From: an uncultured Anaerolineales bacterium
GTDB taxonomy: Bacteria > Planctomycetota > Phycisphaerae > FEN-1346
Assembly (NCBI GenBank): GCA_964437855.1
Contig: CAYTJE010000002.1
Span: 1 to 50,727 of the forward strand
DNA: 50,727 nucleotides
Reading direction: 5' to 3'
Shown: piece by piece, positions 24,183 to 32,175 of the stretch
Position numbering within the stretch: position 1 is the first letter of the stretch
Layout of the letters: each line of letters opens with the position of its first letter
Program-made: the position numbers and the translations under genes
The notes under the pieces: generated by a model
Told to the model about the DNA's origin: nothing
Databases searched by the model: none
What the model saw: the letters and a program-made list of their open reading frames with translations, nothing else

Positions 24183-24853
24183 CCGTCCCCCTTCACACGG
24201 CGGCGGACTTCCCGGACCAGCGCCTCGATCATCCCGTCGATATCCAGGTCGGTCGTGTCGATCCGGACGGCGGTCTCGGCCGCCCGCAGCGGGTCGGCCT
24301 CGCGGGTCGTATCGCGCCGGTCGCGCTCGCGAAGTTCTCGAAGCACCTGCCGGTACGAGACGTACCGCCCGCGGCCCTCCAGTTCCCGTTGCCGCCGCCG
24401 GGCCCGTTCCTCCGGGGCCGCGTCCAGGAAGAACTTCACGTCCGCGTCCGGGAAGACGACGGTTCCCTGGTCGCGTCCCTCGGCCACGACGCCGCCCACG
24501 CGCCGGGCGAAGGCCCGCTGGGCCTCGACCAGCACCCGCCGCACGCCCGGCGTGCGGGCCAGGTAGTGCGAATGCGTGCTGACGCGGTTCTCGCGGATGC
24601 GGTCGGTCACGTCGCGGCCGTCGAGGCGGACCCGCCGGCGGCCGGGGTCGCCCTCGAGTTCCACGGTACTCGCGCGGGCCAGGGTCTCCAGGGCGGCGGG
24701 GTCGTCCAGGTCGGCCCCGGCCTCCAGGGCCTTCAGCGTCAGCGCCCGGTACATGGCCCCGGTATCCAGGTGCCGGAGGCCGAGGCGCCGGGCCAGCCCG
24801 CTCGCGGCCGTGCTCTTGCCGCTGCCCACCGTGCCATCAATCGTGATAATCAT
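24179..24853 (-). CDS. cmk: Cytidylate kinase
   Basis: 224 aa. Has the ITIDGTVGSGKST P-loop, HLDTGAMYRA and a typical Cmk length. Confidence 0.93.
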   Translation of the reverse strand: MIITIDGTVGSGKSTAASGLARRLGLRHLDTGAMYRALTLKALEAGADLDDPAALETLARASTVELEGDPGRRRVRLDGRDVTDRIRENRVSTHSHYLARTPGVRRVLVEAQRAFARRVGGVVAEGRDQGTVVFPDADVKFFLDAAPEERARRRQRELEGRGRYVSYRQVLRELRERDRRDTTREADPLRAAETAVRIDTTDLDIDGMIEALVREVRRRVKGDG

Positions 24854-24862
24854 GGCCGGCCG

Positions 24863-24891
24863 ATTATAGTCGCCGCGCCCGGCGGTGAAAA
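24863..24891 (-). promoter_or_regulatory. Candidate promoter giving a (near-)leaderless cmk transcript (TTTTCA-N17-TATAAT-N9-ATG)
   Basis: On the minus strand, TATAAT at 24868..24863 lies 9 nt before the cmk ATG at 24853. No RBS is present. Confidence 0.35.
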
Positions 24892-24932
24892 GACTGGAAA
24901 CCGCGTCCCGCGTGCCCTAGACTTATGGTGCA

Positions 24933-25811
24933 ATGAGCCTTCGTGGAATCGCGCGGCTGCTCCGCCTTCCCCTGTTTCTGACGGCCGTGGCCGACGCCGT
25001 GGCCGGCTACTTCGTGGCCATGCTTCCGGACCTCGCCCGCCTCGACTGGCACCGCGTGGCGCTGCTCGCCGGCACGAGCACCGGGCTGTACCTGTACGGG
25101 ATGGTCGAGAACGACCTGGTCGACCGCCGCCGCGACCGGCTGCTGGAGGTCGGCAGGCCGCTGGCCATCGGCGACGTGCCGGTGGCACTCGCCGCGGTCC
25201 TCCTGGTGCTGACCGCGGCCCTGGCCGGCGTCTGCGCAGTCAGGCTCAGCGGCGGCGCGCTTGTCCTGGCCATCGGCACCTTCGCCGCCATCAATCTGTA
25301 CAACCTCGGCGCCAAGCACGGGCCGTCGTCCGTCGCCATGACCGTGATGGGCCTGTGCCGGCTGCTGAACTTCCTGATCGGCGTGTCGGCGGCGGTGGGA
25401 TTCCCGAACCAGATCACGCCGGACCTGTTTGCCCTGAGCGGACCCCTCTGGGTCCGACACGGCCTGGCGCTGTTCTTCGCAGGCGCCGTGGTCACCGGGT
25501 ACAGCATCGCCGCCCGCCGGGGGTACCCGGTCTCGACGCGGCCGTGGATGGCGGCCTTTTTCATCGCGGCCGTGGGCGGGTTCACCATGATCGCCGTGGC
25601 CGTCAGCATCTCGATCAAGGGGTTCCACCCGCCGGTGGCCCGGGTCTTCGCCCTCGTGCTGCTGACCGTTCTATGGCCGGCGGGGTTGTGGGCATCGACC
25701 GGCCCGGAGCGCCAGCCCGAGCAATACGCCCGCTTCATCCCGCGGATGCTCTACTGGCTCATCGTGCTCGATGCGTCGTTCCTGGCAGACAAGTGGCTGA
25801 TGACGCTCTGA
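24933..25811 (+). CDS. UbiA-family aromatic prenyltransferase (substrate unknown)
   Basis: 292 aa and polytopic. Has the NDLVDRRRD (NDxxDxxxD) motif of the UbiA superfamily. TAGACT lies 9 nt upstream of the ATG with no RBS. Confidence 0.8.
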   Translation: MSLRGIARLLRLPLFLTAVADAVAGYFVAMLPDLARLDWHRVALLAGTSTGLYLYGMVENDLVDRRRDRLLEVGRPLAIGDVPVALAAVLLVLTAALAGVCAVRLSGGALVLAIGTFAAINLYNLGAKHGPSSVAMTVMGLCRLLNFLIGVSAAVGFPNQITPDLFALSGPLWVRHGLALFFAGAVVTGYSIAARRGYPVSTRPWMAAFFIAAVGGFTMIAVAVSISIKGFHPPVARVFALVLLTVLWPAGLWASTGPERQPEQYARFIPRMLYWLIVLDASFLADKWLMTL

Positions 25812-25872
25812 GCAGGTCCCGCGCGGCGGTCCTGCCGGCAGATGGTGCGCGGTGGCTCTCGCGAGAGGTGCT

Positions 25873-26003
25873 GCGCGATGGGCCTCCGTACCCGCCGCGC
25901 GGAATCGTGTTTCTCGTGTGTGGCCCGGCCGGGAGAGCACGGATTGGCAAGCAATCCGTGGCACCGGCGCGCATAGGGCGGCGGGGGCGGAGACCCGCCG
26001 CGC
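25873..26003 (+). repeat. Three-hairpin composite element, copy 2, plus an extra half-unit
   Basis: Same order as copy 1 over 25873-25966. The middle hairpin is shortened to CCCGGCCGGG, and the third hairpin is at 25938-25960. An additional GGCGG..GGAGACCCGCCGCGC lies at 25977-26003. Confidence 0.75.
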
Positions 26004-26041
26004 TGATGACGATGTGACGGCGCGGCCCTTTCCGTACCCTG

Positions 26042-27346
26042 CTACCCGCCGCGGCGCGAGAACTGGTACAGGCGAAGCAGCGGCAGCCGAAGCACCACCT
26101 CCCACGCCCGTCCGTCCTCGACCGGCCGGTATACGGCGGTCCGGGCGCTGTCCAGAAAGGTCTCCACGTCGCGGCGGAAGGTGGCGTCCCGGGCGGCCCG
26201 CGCGCGGACGGTCGTGCCGTTGCCCAGGCCCAGACGGTCGACCTTCCGGCGCAGCGTCGCCAGGGCGCGGCCCTTGGCCGACCGCGCCGCCAGCAGCCGG
26301 GCCCGCTTCCCGTCGGGCACCGCCGGGCTCAGCCGGGCCGTGCCCCGGGCTTCGAGCACGTCGGCGGCCCAATCGGGCAGCGCCTCGCCGGCCGCCACGG
26401 TGGGCGCCGGCCGGATCGCCTCCGGCGGCGGCATGCCCCGGCCCACCACCGTGATCCGCGCCGACTTGACCCGCACGCTGAGCCGGTCGATCTGCTCGTC
26501 GGTCCACCGGCTCCCCTGGCCGCGAAGCCGGCGGATGTCTTTCAATACCTCGATGAACCGCCGCACCCCGGCCGCCACCTCCACCTCCGCGATGCCGTCC
26601 GGCATGAGCCGGGGCGGCCCCGCGACCGGACGCGAGCGGACGTACGCCTCCAGCGCCGCCTCGGCGGCCGAGGTCCCCTGCACCAGGTCGCCGACCGTCT
26701 CGGTCTTTCCGAGGAGGATGCCCTTCAGGCGGTCGACCATCGCCTCGTACGCCGCCACCCGCGCGGCCCGAACGGCCAACACACGCCCCGTGGCGGTCAC
26801 CCGTTCCCATCCGGCAGGGTACATATCAACAAGCGCCTCAACCGGCGCGGCCTCCAGACGCTCCAGCACCTCCGCCGACACGCCCGGCGGCGCCCGGCCC
26901 CGGCCGCTCGTCGACAGCAGCCCGTCGATGGCACGGCGCTTCAGGTCCTCCAGGCCGACGCGCTCCGGCCTTTGACCGACCAGGTCGACCACCTTGGCCA
27001 CGACGGCGTCCAGCGGCGCCTCCACGTCCACCTCCGCCACGCCGTCCGAATAGAGCCGCGGCGCCCCCACCATCCGCGCCGACCGAAGAAACACCCGCAG
27101 GGCGATCTCCTTCGGCCCTCCCGCCCCCAGGGCCTGGGCCACCGTCTCCTCCGGCCCGAGGCGGGCGTCCAGGACCCTCCGCGTCAGCCGGTCCAGGCCG
27201 GCCACGTGGGCGGCCCGGATGGCCAGCATCTCGCGCTGCGCGGGCGTGTAGGCGGCGTCGGCGGCTGCGGCCCGCGCCGCCACGAGAACCGCCACGGTCG
27301 TCAGCGTTACTGCGATGGCCCGCCGCATCGGCCGCCCCTGATTCAT
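26042..27346 (-). CDS. Hypothetical secreted protein (signal peptide, Ala/Arg-rich helical repeats)
   Basis: 434 aa from the ATG at 27346 (alternative at 27328). N-terminus MRRAIAVTLTTVAVLVAARAAAA looks like a Sec signal. I recognise no catalytic motif. The ORF-track ORF 26042..28342 is trimmed because its upstream part is antisense to pyrD. Confidence 0.55.
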   Translation of the reverse strand: MNQGRPMRRAIAVTLTTVAVLVAARAAAADAAYTPAQREMLAIRAAHVAGLDRLTRRVLDARLGPEETVAQALGAGGPKEIALRVFLRSARMVGAPRLYSDGVAEVDVEAPLDAVVAKVVDLVGQRPERVGLEDLKRRAIDGLLSTSGRGRAPPGVSAEVLERLEAAPVEALVDMYPAGWERVTATGRVLAVRAARVAAYEAMVDRLKGILLGKTETVGDLVQGTSAAEAALEAYVRSRPVAGPPRLMPDGIAEVEVAAGVRRFIEVLKDIRRLRGQGSRWTDEQIDRLSVRVKSARITVVGRGMPPPEAIRPAPTVAAGEALPDWAADVLEARGTARLSPAVPDGKRARLLAARSAKGRALATLRRKVDRLGLGNGTTVRARAARDATFRRDVETFLDSARTAVYRPVEDGRAWEVVLRLPLLRLYQFSRRGG

Positions 27347-27387
27347 CGCCTGATGTTGATGGCCTCGTCTCGGCTGCTCTGTCTCCC

Positions 27388-27449
27388 GCGCGGCGGGTCT
27401 CCTGAGCCACCGCAACTTACTGCGCGGCGGGTCGGGAGACCCGCCGCGC
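27388..27449. repeat. REP-like pair
   Basis: GCGCGGCGGGTCTCCTGAGCCACCGC at 27388-27413 and GCGCGGCGGGTCGGGAGACCCGCCGCGC at 27422-27449. Confidence 0.7.
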
Positions 27450-27477
27450 GGGAAGCAGCGCGCCATCGCACGCGGCG

Positions 27478-28419
27478 CTACCCCGTTTCCACCCGTCCGA
27501 CGAGGTCGCGGACGCTTGCCGCGCCCAGTCGCCCCAGCGCCCCGCGCAGGCCGTCCACGAGGTTCGCACACGTCTCCGGGTCCACGAAGTTGGCCGTCCC
27601 GACCGCCACGGCCGTCGCACCGGCCCGGATGAACTCGACCACGTCCTCCGGAAACTGGACGCCGCCCAGGCCGATGATGGGCAGGCGGCGCGGGCCGGCC
27701 ACCTCCTCCCACACCCGTCGGACCATGTAGACGGCCACCGGCCGGATGGCGGGCCCCGACAGGCCGCCCGTCACGTTCGTCAGGGCCGGCCGGCCCGTCC
27801 ACGGGTCGATCGCCATGCCGCGCAGCGTATTGACGAGGCTCAATGCGTCGGCGCCGGCGTCGGCCGCGGCCCGGGCCGTGTCGGCGATGTCCGTCACGTT
27901 CGGGCTGAGTTTGACGATCAGCGCCGCCCGCGAGACCGTCTTCCGGACGGCCGCCACGAGGTCCGCCAGCACGCCCGCCTCCGTGCCGAACTCCATCCCG
28001 CCGCGGGCCACGTTCGGGCACGAGACGTTCAACTCGACCCCCGCCACCCCCTCGGCCGCGTCCAGCGCCCGGCAGACCTCCAGGTACTCCTCCGTCGTGG
28101 CGCCGGCCACGTTGACGATGACCGGCACGTCGAAGCGGGCCAGGGCCGGCAGTTTCTCCGCCAGGAATCGCTCCAGCCCCACGTTCGCGAGCCCGATGGC
28201 GTTGAGCATGCCGGCCCGAACCTCGACCAGCCGCGGCGGCGGATGGCCCTGGCGCGGCTCCAGCGTCACCGACTTGGTCACGACCGCGCCCAGGCGCGAC
28301 AGGTCGTAGAAGGGGGCCAGTTCCTCGCCGTACCCGCCGCACCCGGAGGCCGTCGCGATCGGATTCTTCATCGCGATGGGGCCGACCTGGACGCTCAGGT
28401 CGATGGGTTGCTCAGGCAT
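27478..28419 (-). CDS. pyrD: Dihydroorotate dehydrogenase, class 1B catalytic subunit
   Basis: 313 aa from the ATG at 28419. Shows MKNPIATASGCGGYG, VELNVSCPNV, GGLSGPAIRPVA and IGLGGV. Paired with pyrK upstream. Confidence 0.92.
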   Translation of the reverse strand: MPEQPIDLSVQVGPIAMKNPIATASGCGGYGEELAPFYDLSRLGAVVTKSVTLEPRQGHPPPRLVEVRAGMLNAIGLANVGLERFLAEKLPALARFDVPVIVNVAGATTEEYLEVCRALDAAEGVAGVELNVSCPNVARGGMEFGTEAGVLADLVAAVRKTVSRAALIVKLSPNVTDIADTARAAADAGADALSLVNTLRGMAIDPWTGRPALTNVTGGLSGPAIRPVAVYMVRRVWEEVAGPRRLPIIGLGGVQFPEDVVEFIRAGATAVAVGTANFVDPETCANLVDGLRGALGRLGAASVRDLVGRVETG

Positions 28420-28468
28420 CGTGCGCCTCACAATACAACGGCCCGCGCCGCGCCAGCGCGGCGGCGAA

Positions 28469-29461
28469 CTACTCCCAGATGATGTCCGCGGCCTCCACGA
28501 CCGGGCCGTCGCGGCACGTGAGGCGGTACGTCCAGCCCGCCGCGCTCGCCGGGTCGCGCATCTTCCGGACGCACGACAGGCATACCCCGATGCCGCAGCC
28601 CATGAACGTTTCCAGGGACACCTGGCACGGGGCCACCCGCCGCCGCGCGAGGTCCGCCAGGGACCGGAGCATCGGCTCCGGCCCGCACCCGTAGAGGGCG
28701 ACGGGCCGCCGGCCGGCCTCCTGCTCCAGGTACCGCTCGGCGGCCGCCACGGCCGTCCCCGCAAAGCCCGCCGACGCGTCGTCGGTGGCCAGAATCGTCT
28801 CGACCGGCAGGGCCGACTCGCCGGCCGGCGTGCACGGCTCGACGCGCCCGCCCGTGCTTTTGGGCTCGTGCTCGAACGTCAGCGGCGTCTGGGCCAGGCC
28901 GGGGGCGCCGATGACGAAGACGGCCTCCCGCCCCAGGTCCGCCAGATGGTCCGCCAGGCCCACCAGCGGCGCCGCGCCGCACCCGCCGCCGACGAGCACG
29001 GCCAGCCGCTCCTCGGCCGGCGGCGCGAAATAATTCCCCAGCGGCCCGACCACGTCGACCGTGGCCCCGACGGGCCGGCCGGCCAGCCACCGCGTGCCGG
29101 TCCCGACGGCCTGCACGAGTATCTCCACGCGGACGCCGTCGCCGACCGTCCGCACGCGCGAGAGGCTCATCGGCCGACGGACCACCGGCCACCGGCGCCG
29201 GCCGAGTTCCAGGCCGGTTGCCTGCGGCCACTGGCCGCCCTCCTGATAGGCCAGCGGATGGCGCTCGGTCGCGGCGGCGGCGCGGGCGTCCGACTCGCAC
29301 CGCACGGTCACGAACTGGCCGGGCAGGCTGACCCAGTCGGCCGGGGCGCCGAGCGCCAGCCGGACGTACCCGCCGCCGACCTCCTGCCGGTCGAGTACCG
29401 GCAGGTCCAGCCGGCGGGCGGGCGAGACGCCCTCGTCCAGATGCTGGGCAGCGTTCGGCAT
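28469..29461 (-). CDS. pyrK: Dihydroorotate dehydrogenase electron-transfer subunit (FAD/2Fe-2S)
   Basis: 330 aa. Has the ferredoxin-reductase-type fold pattern and a C-terminal MGCGIGVCLSC cluster motif. Sits immediately upstream of pyrD. Confidence 0.85.
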   Translation of the reverse strand: MPNAAQHLDEGVSPARRLDLPVLDRQEVGGGYVRLALGAPADWVSLPGQFVTVRCESDARAAAATERHPLAYQEGGQWPQATGLELGRRRWPVVRRPMSLSRVRTVGDGVRVEILVQAVGTGTRWLAGRPVGATVDVVGPLGNYFAPPAEERLAVLVGGGCGAAPLVGLADHLADLGREAVFVIGAPGLAQTPLTFEHEPKSTGGRVEPCTPAGESALPVETILATDDASAGFAGTAVAAAERYLEQEAGRRPVALYGCGPEPMLRSLADLARRRVAPCQVSLETFMGCGIGVCLSCVRKMRDPASAAGWTYRLTCRDGPVVEAADIIWE

Positions 29462-29541
29462 GATTTCCCGCCACGGAAGCGACCGCGCAGGCGATTATCA
29501 GGCCCGCCCGGCCCGATTCAAGGCTTTTCGGCCGCTCGTGC

Positions 29542-29715
29542 CACCGAGTGGTTGTCAATCGGTGCTTCGCGCTCGCGGCGCACGGTTTGACAAGCAAACC
29601 GTGGCACCTGCGCAGGTCAGGCCTTTTTCGCTTTACACGCTCCGCGGGCCGCGCTACAGTCGCGCCGCGGCCGGTCCGTAGGACCCGTCCATACGGACCC
29701 GTGCCGTAAAAGGGT
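29542..29715. repeat. Repeat cluster: two inverted copies of the 9-bp-stem hairpin plus an inverted copy of the TTTTACGGCACGGGTCCGTA element
   Basis: Hairpins at 29542-29564 and 29581-29603. The reverse complement of 29675-29715 reads ACCCTTTTACGGCACGGGTCCGTATGGACGGG, matching 41207 and 42958. Confidence 0.7.
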
Positions 29716-29761
29716 CGGTGTGAAAGGGCCGGGCCGCCGATTCCAGGGCCCCGGGTGAACC

Positions 29762-31180
29762 ATGTCCGACGCCGACCTGCCGACCATCGCCCTCGTCAGC
29801 CTGGGGTGCCCCAAGAACCTCGTGGACGCCGAGCGGATGCTGGCCGGCCTGGCCCTCGCGGGCTTTGCCGTCACGCCGGACGCCGACGGGGCCGTCCTGG
29901 CCGTCGTCAACACGTGCGGCTTCATCGACCTGGCCCGGGCCGAGAGCGACGCGCACATCGACCGCCTGGAGGACCTGAAACGGGCCGGCCGCCTCGGCCA
30001 CATCGTCGTGGCCGGGTGCATGGCCCAGCGCCTGGGGCCGGAGATCGTCCGGCGGCACGCGGACGTCGACGCCGTCGTCGGCCTGGCCCAGCGCGACCGC
30101 CTGGCCGAGGTCTGCCGCCATCTTCTCGACCGGCCGAGGCCGGGGCCCAAGCGCGCCCGCGGCCGACGACAACGCCGGGGCCGCGCGCCGCGCCGCGGCG
30201 AGCCGCTCGTCCGCGTCGGCCCCCCGCCCGACGGCGTGCCGGACGACCGCGAGCGGCTCCGCCTGACGCCCCGCCACACGGCGTACCTGCGGATCACCGA
30301 GGGCTGCGACAACCGCTGCGCCTACTGCGCGATTCCGGACATCCGCGGACCCCTCCGCTCAAAGCCGCCCGACGACGTGCTGGCCGAGGCCCGCGAACTC
30401 GTCGCCGACGGCACAAAGGAACTCATCCTGATCGGGCAGGACACGACGGCCTACGGGCGGGAGGTCCCGGAAGCGGGCTTCTCGCTGGCCGGCCTCCTGG
30501 ACCGCCTCCGGCAGGAGATCGACGTTTCCTGGCTCAGACTGATGTACACGCATCCGGCCTCGTTCACGCCGGCGGTGGTGGAGCAACTGGCCGCCGGGCC
30601 GCCCCTCGTCCCGTACGTCGACCTGCCCATCCAGCACGCGAGCGACCGCATCCTGGCCGGCATGGGCCGGCGGGTGACGCGAGAGGCTGTCGAGCGGCTC
30701 ATCGCGCGCCTGCGCCGGGCCGTGCCCGGGATCGCCATCCGCACGAGTTTCATCGTCGGGTACCCCGGCGAAACGGAGGACGACGTCGAGACTCTCCTGG
30801 CCTTCCTCCGAAAAGTTGCCTTTGACCACGTGGGCGTGTTCGTGTACAGTCCGGAGACCGGGACGCCGGCGGCCGGCCTGCCGGACCGCGTCCCGCCGGA
30901 GGTGGCCCGCGACCGCTGGGACCGCCTGATGCGGGCGGCCGGCGAGGTGGCACGCGAGACGGCGCGGCAGCACGTCGGCCGGCGCCTGACCGTCTTGGTC
31001 GACGGCGCAGATGAAACCGGCCGACTCCTCGCTCGCCACGGCGGGCAGGCGCCGGAGGTCGACACCGCCGTCCTTCTGCCGCCCGACGCCGCGCCGGTCG
31101 GCGAGTTCGCAGCCGTCCGCGTGACCGGCCCCGAGGGGTACGACCTGACGGCCGAGCCGGCCCAGGATACTCGCGAATGA
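29762..31180 (+). CDS. rimO: Ribosomal protein S12 methylthiotransferase (radical SAM, MiaB/RimO family)
   Basis: 472 aa. Shows the SLGCPKNLVDAE N-terminal motif, the TEGCDNRCAYCAIP radical-SAM CxxxCxxC motif and a C-terminal TRAM-like domain. Confidence 0.85.
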   Translation: MSDADLPTIALVSLGCPKNLVDAERMLAGLALAGFAVTPDADGAVLAVVNTCGFIDLARAESDAHIDRLEDLKRAGRLGHIVVAGCMAQRLGPEIVRRHADVDAVVGLAQRDRLAEVCRHLLDRPRPGPKRARGRRQRRGRAPRRGEPLVRVGPPPDGVPDDRERLRLTPRHTAYLRITEGCDNRCAYCAIPDIRGPLRSKPPDDVLAEARELVADGTKELILIGQDTTAYGREVPEAGFSLAGLLDRLRQEIDVSWLRLMYTHPASFTPAVVEQLAAGPPLVPYVDLPIQHASDRILAGMGRRVTREAVERLIARLRRAVPGIAIRTSFIVGYPGETEDDVETLLAFLRKVAFDHVGVFVYSPETGTPAAGLPDRVPPEVARDRWDRLMRAAGEVARETARQHVGRRLTVLVDGADETGRLLARHGGQAPEVDTAVLLPPDAAPVGEFAAVRVTGPEGYDLTAEPAQDTRE

Positions 31181-31818
31181 CCCGATACGTCCCGAATCTG
31201 CTGACGGTCGGCCGGTTCTTCCTGGCCATCGCCCTGTTCATTGTCATCGGGTTCTACGATCCGCAGGCGCCTGCCGGTTGGCCTGTCCTGGACGTGGCGT
31301 TCGTCCTGTTCCTGGTGGGCGTGAGTACGGACATGGTGGACGGCTACATCGCCCGCCGGTACAAGGTGCAGTCGGCGTTCGGCCGCATCGCCGACCCGTT
31401 CGTCGACAAGATCATCGTGTGCGGGGCGCTGGCGTACTTCATCGGCGACACGTTCGTCGTCTGGCGCGAGGCGGGCTCGGTGGCCGTCAACCTGACCGGC
31501 TGGCAGCCCTGGATGGTCGTCCTCATCCTGGCCCGCGAACTGCTCGTCACGGGGATGCGCAGTTTCAGCGAGTCGCACGGCATTCCGTTCGCCGCCACGT
31601 GGAGCGGCAAGGTCAAGATGATCCTTCAGTGTACGGCCATCTGCTGGACCCTGTTTTACGTGGCCCACTGGACGGGGGGGCCGGGATGGACGGCCGACCC
31701 GGCGTGGACGCAGGCGGTCCGCGACGTGCTCATCTGGGCGACGGTGATCTTTACGGCCGTCAGCGGCCTGACGTACATCCAGCGGGCATACCACCTCCTT
31801 CGCCTGCCGCCGGAGTGA
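31177..31818 (+). CDS. pgsA: CDP-diacylglycerol--glycerol-3-phosphate 3-phosphatidyltransferase
   Basis: 213 aa. Has the CDP-alcohol phosphatidyltransferase motif DMVDGYIARRYKVQSAFGRIADPFVDK. Its ATG overlaps the rimO stop (ATGA). Confidence 0.85.
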   Translation: MTRYVPNLLTVGRFFLAIALFIVIGFYDPQAPAGWPVLDVAFVLFLVGVSTDMVDGYIARRYKVQSAFGRIADPFVDKIIVCGALAYFIGDTFVVWREAGSVAVNLTGWQPWMVVLILARELLVTGMRSFSESHGIPFAATWSGKVKMILQCTAICWTLFYVAHWTGGPGWTADPAWTQAVRDVLIWATVIFTAVSGLTYIQRAYHLLRLPPE

Positions 31819-31964
31819 GGGCGTTTCAGGGGCATTCTGTCAGGGCGATGGGCCGTCTCCCCCTCGCCGCGGCCTGCGCTGCCCAAGTATCCAAATCGCT
31901 GCCTCGGCATACGAACGCGCCGCCGGAATCGACATTTTAGTGCATATCGCCTTCCGTCCATACG

Positions 31965-32145
31965 GGGTCAAAAACCGATCAAAAACGATCAATTCCGATC
32001 AAAAAACGAAAAAAGTCGAAAAAAGCCGAAAGTTTCGCCTTACCCATCTTAACATTCGCGCGACAAATCGGCTTTAACGCTCGAAAAACGGCGATTCGGA
32101 CGCCAAAAGGCGCCCAAAACCGGGTTTCGGCCCCAGGCCGTTTTC
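31965..32145. other. Low-GC island of helically phased A-tracts (predicted intrinsically bent DNA) with three CGATCAA direct repeats
   Basis: A5/A6 runs start at 31970, 31981, 31991 (AATT), 32001, 32009, 32019 and 32029. A4-5 runs follow at 32084, 32105 and 32116, and T-runs at 32124 and 32141. Spacing is about 10-11 bp. CGATCAA occurs at 31977, 31987 and 31997. Confidence 0.7.
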
Positions 32146-32175
32146 TCAGAATATCGATCCGCGGGCACGGTCGGC

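Noticed and set aside
31887-32145. The AT-rich phased-A-tract island considered as a replication origin
   Set aside because: I found only one DnaA-box-like 9-mer (GTATCCAAA at 31887-31895, 7/9 to TTATCCACA). There is no cluster of boxes and no dnaA/dnaN nearby. mnmG, a classic oriC neighbour in some bacteria, is 19 kb away. I kept it as a curved-DNA finding instead.
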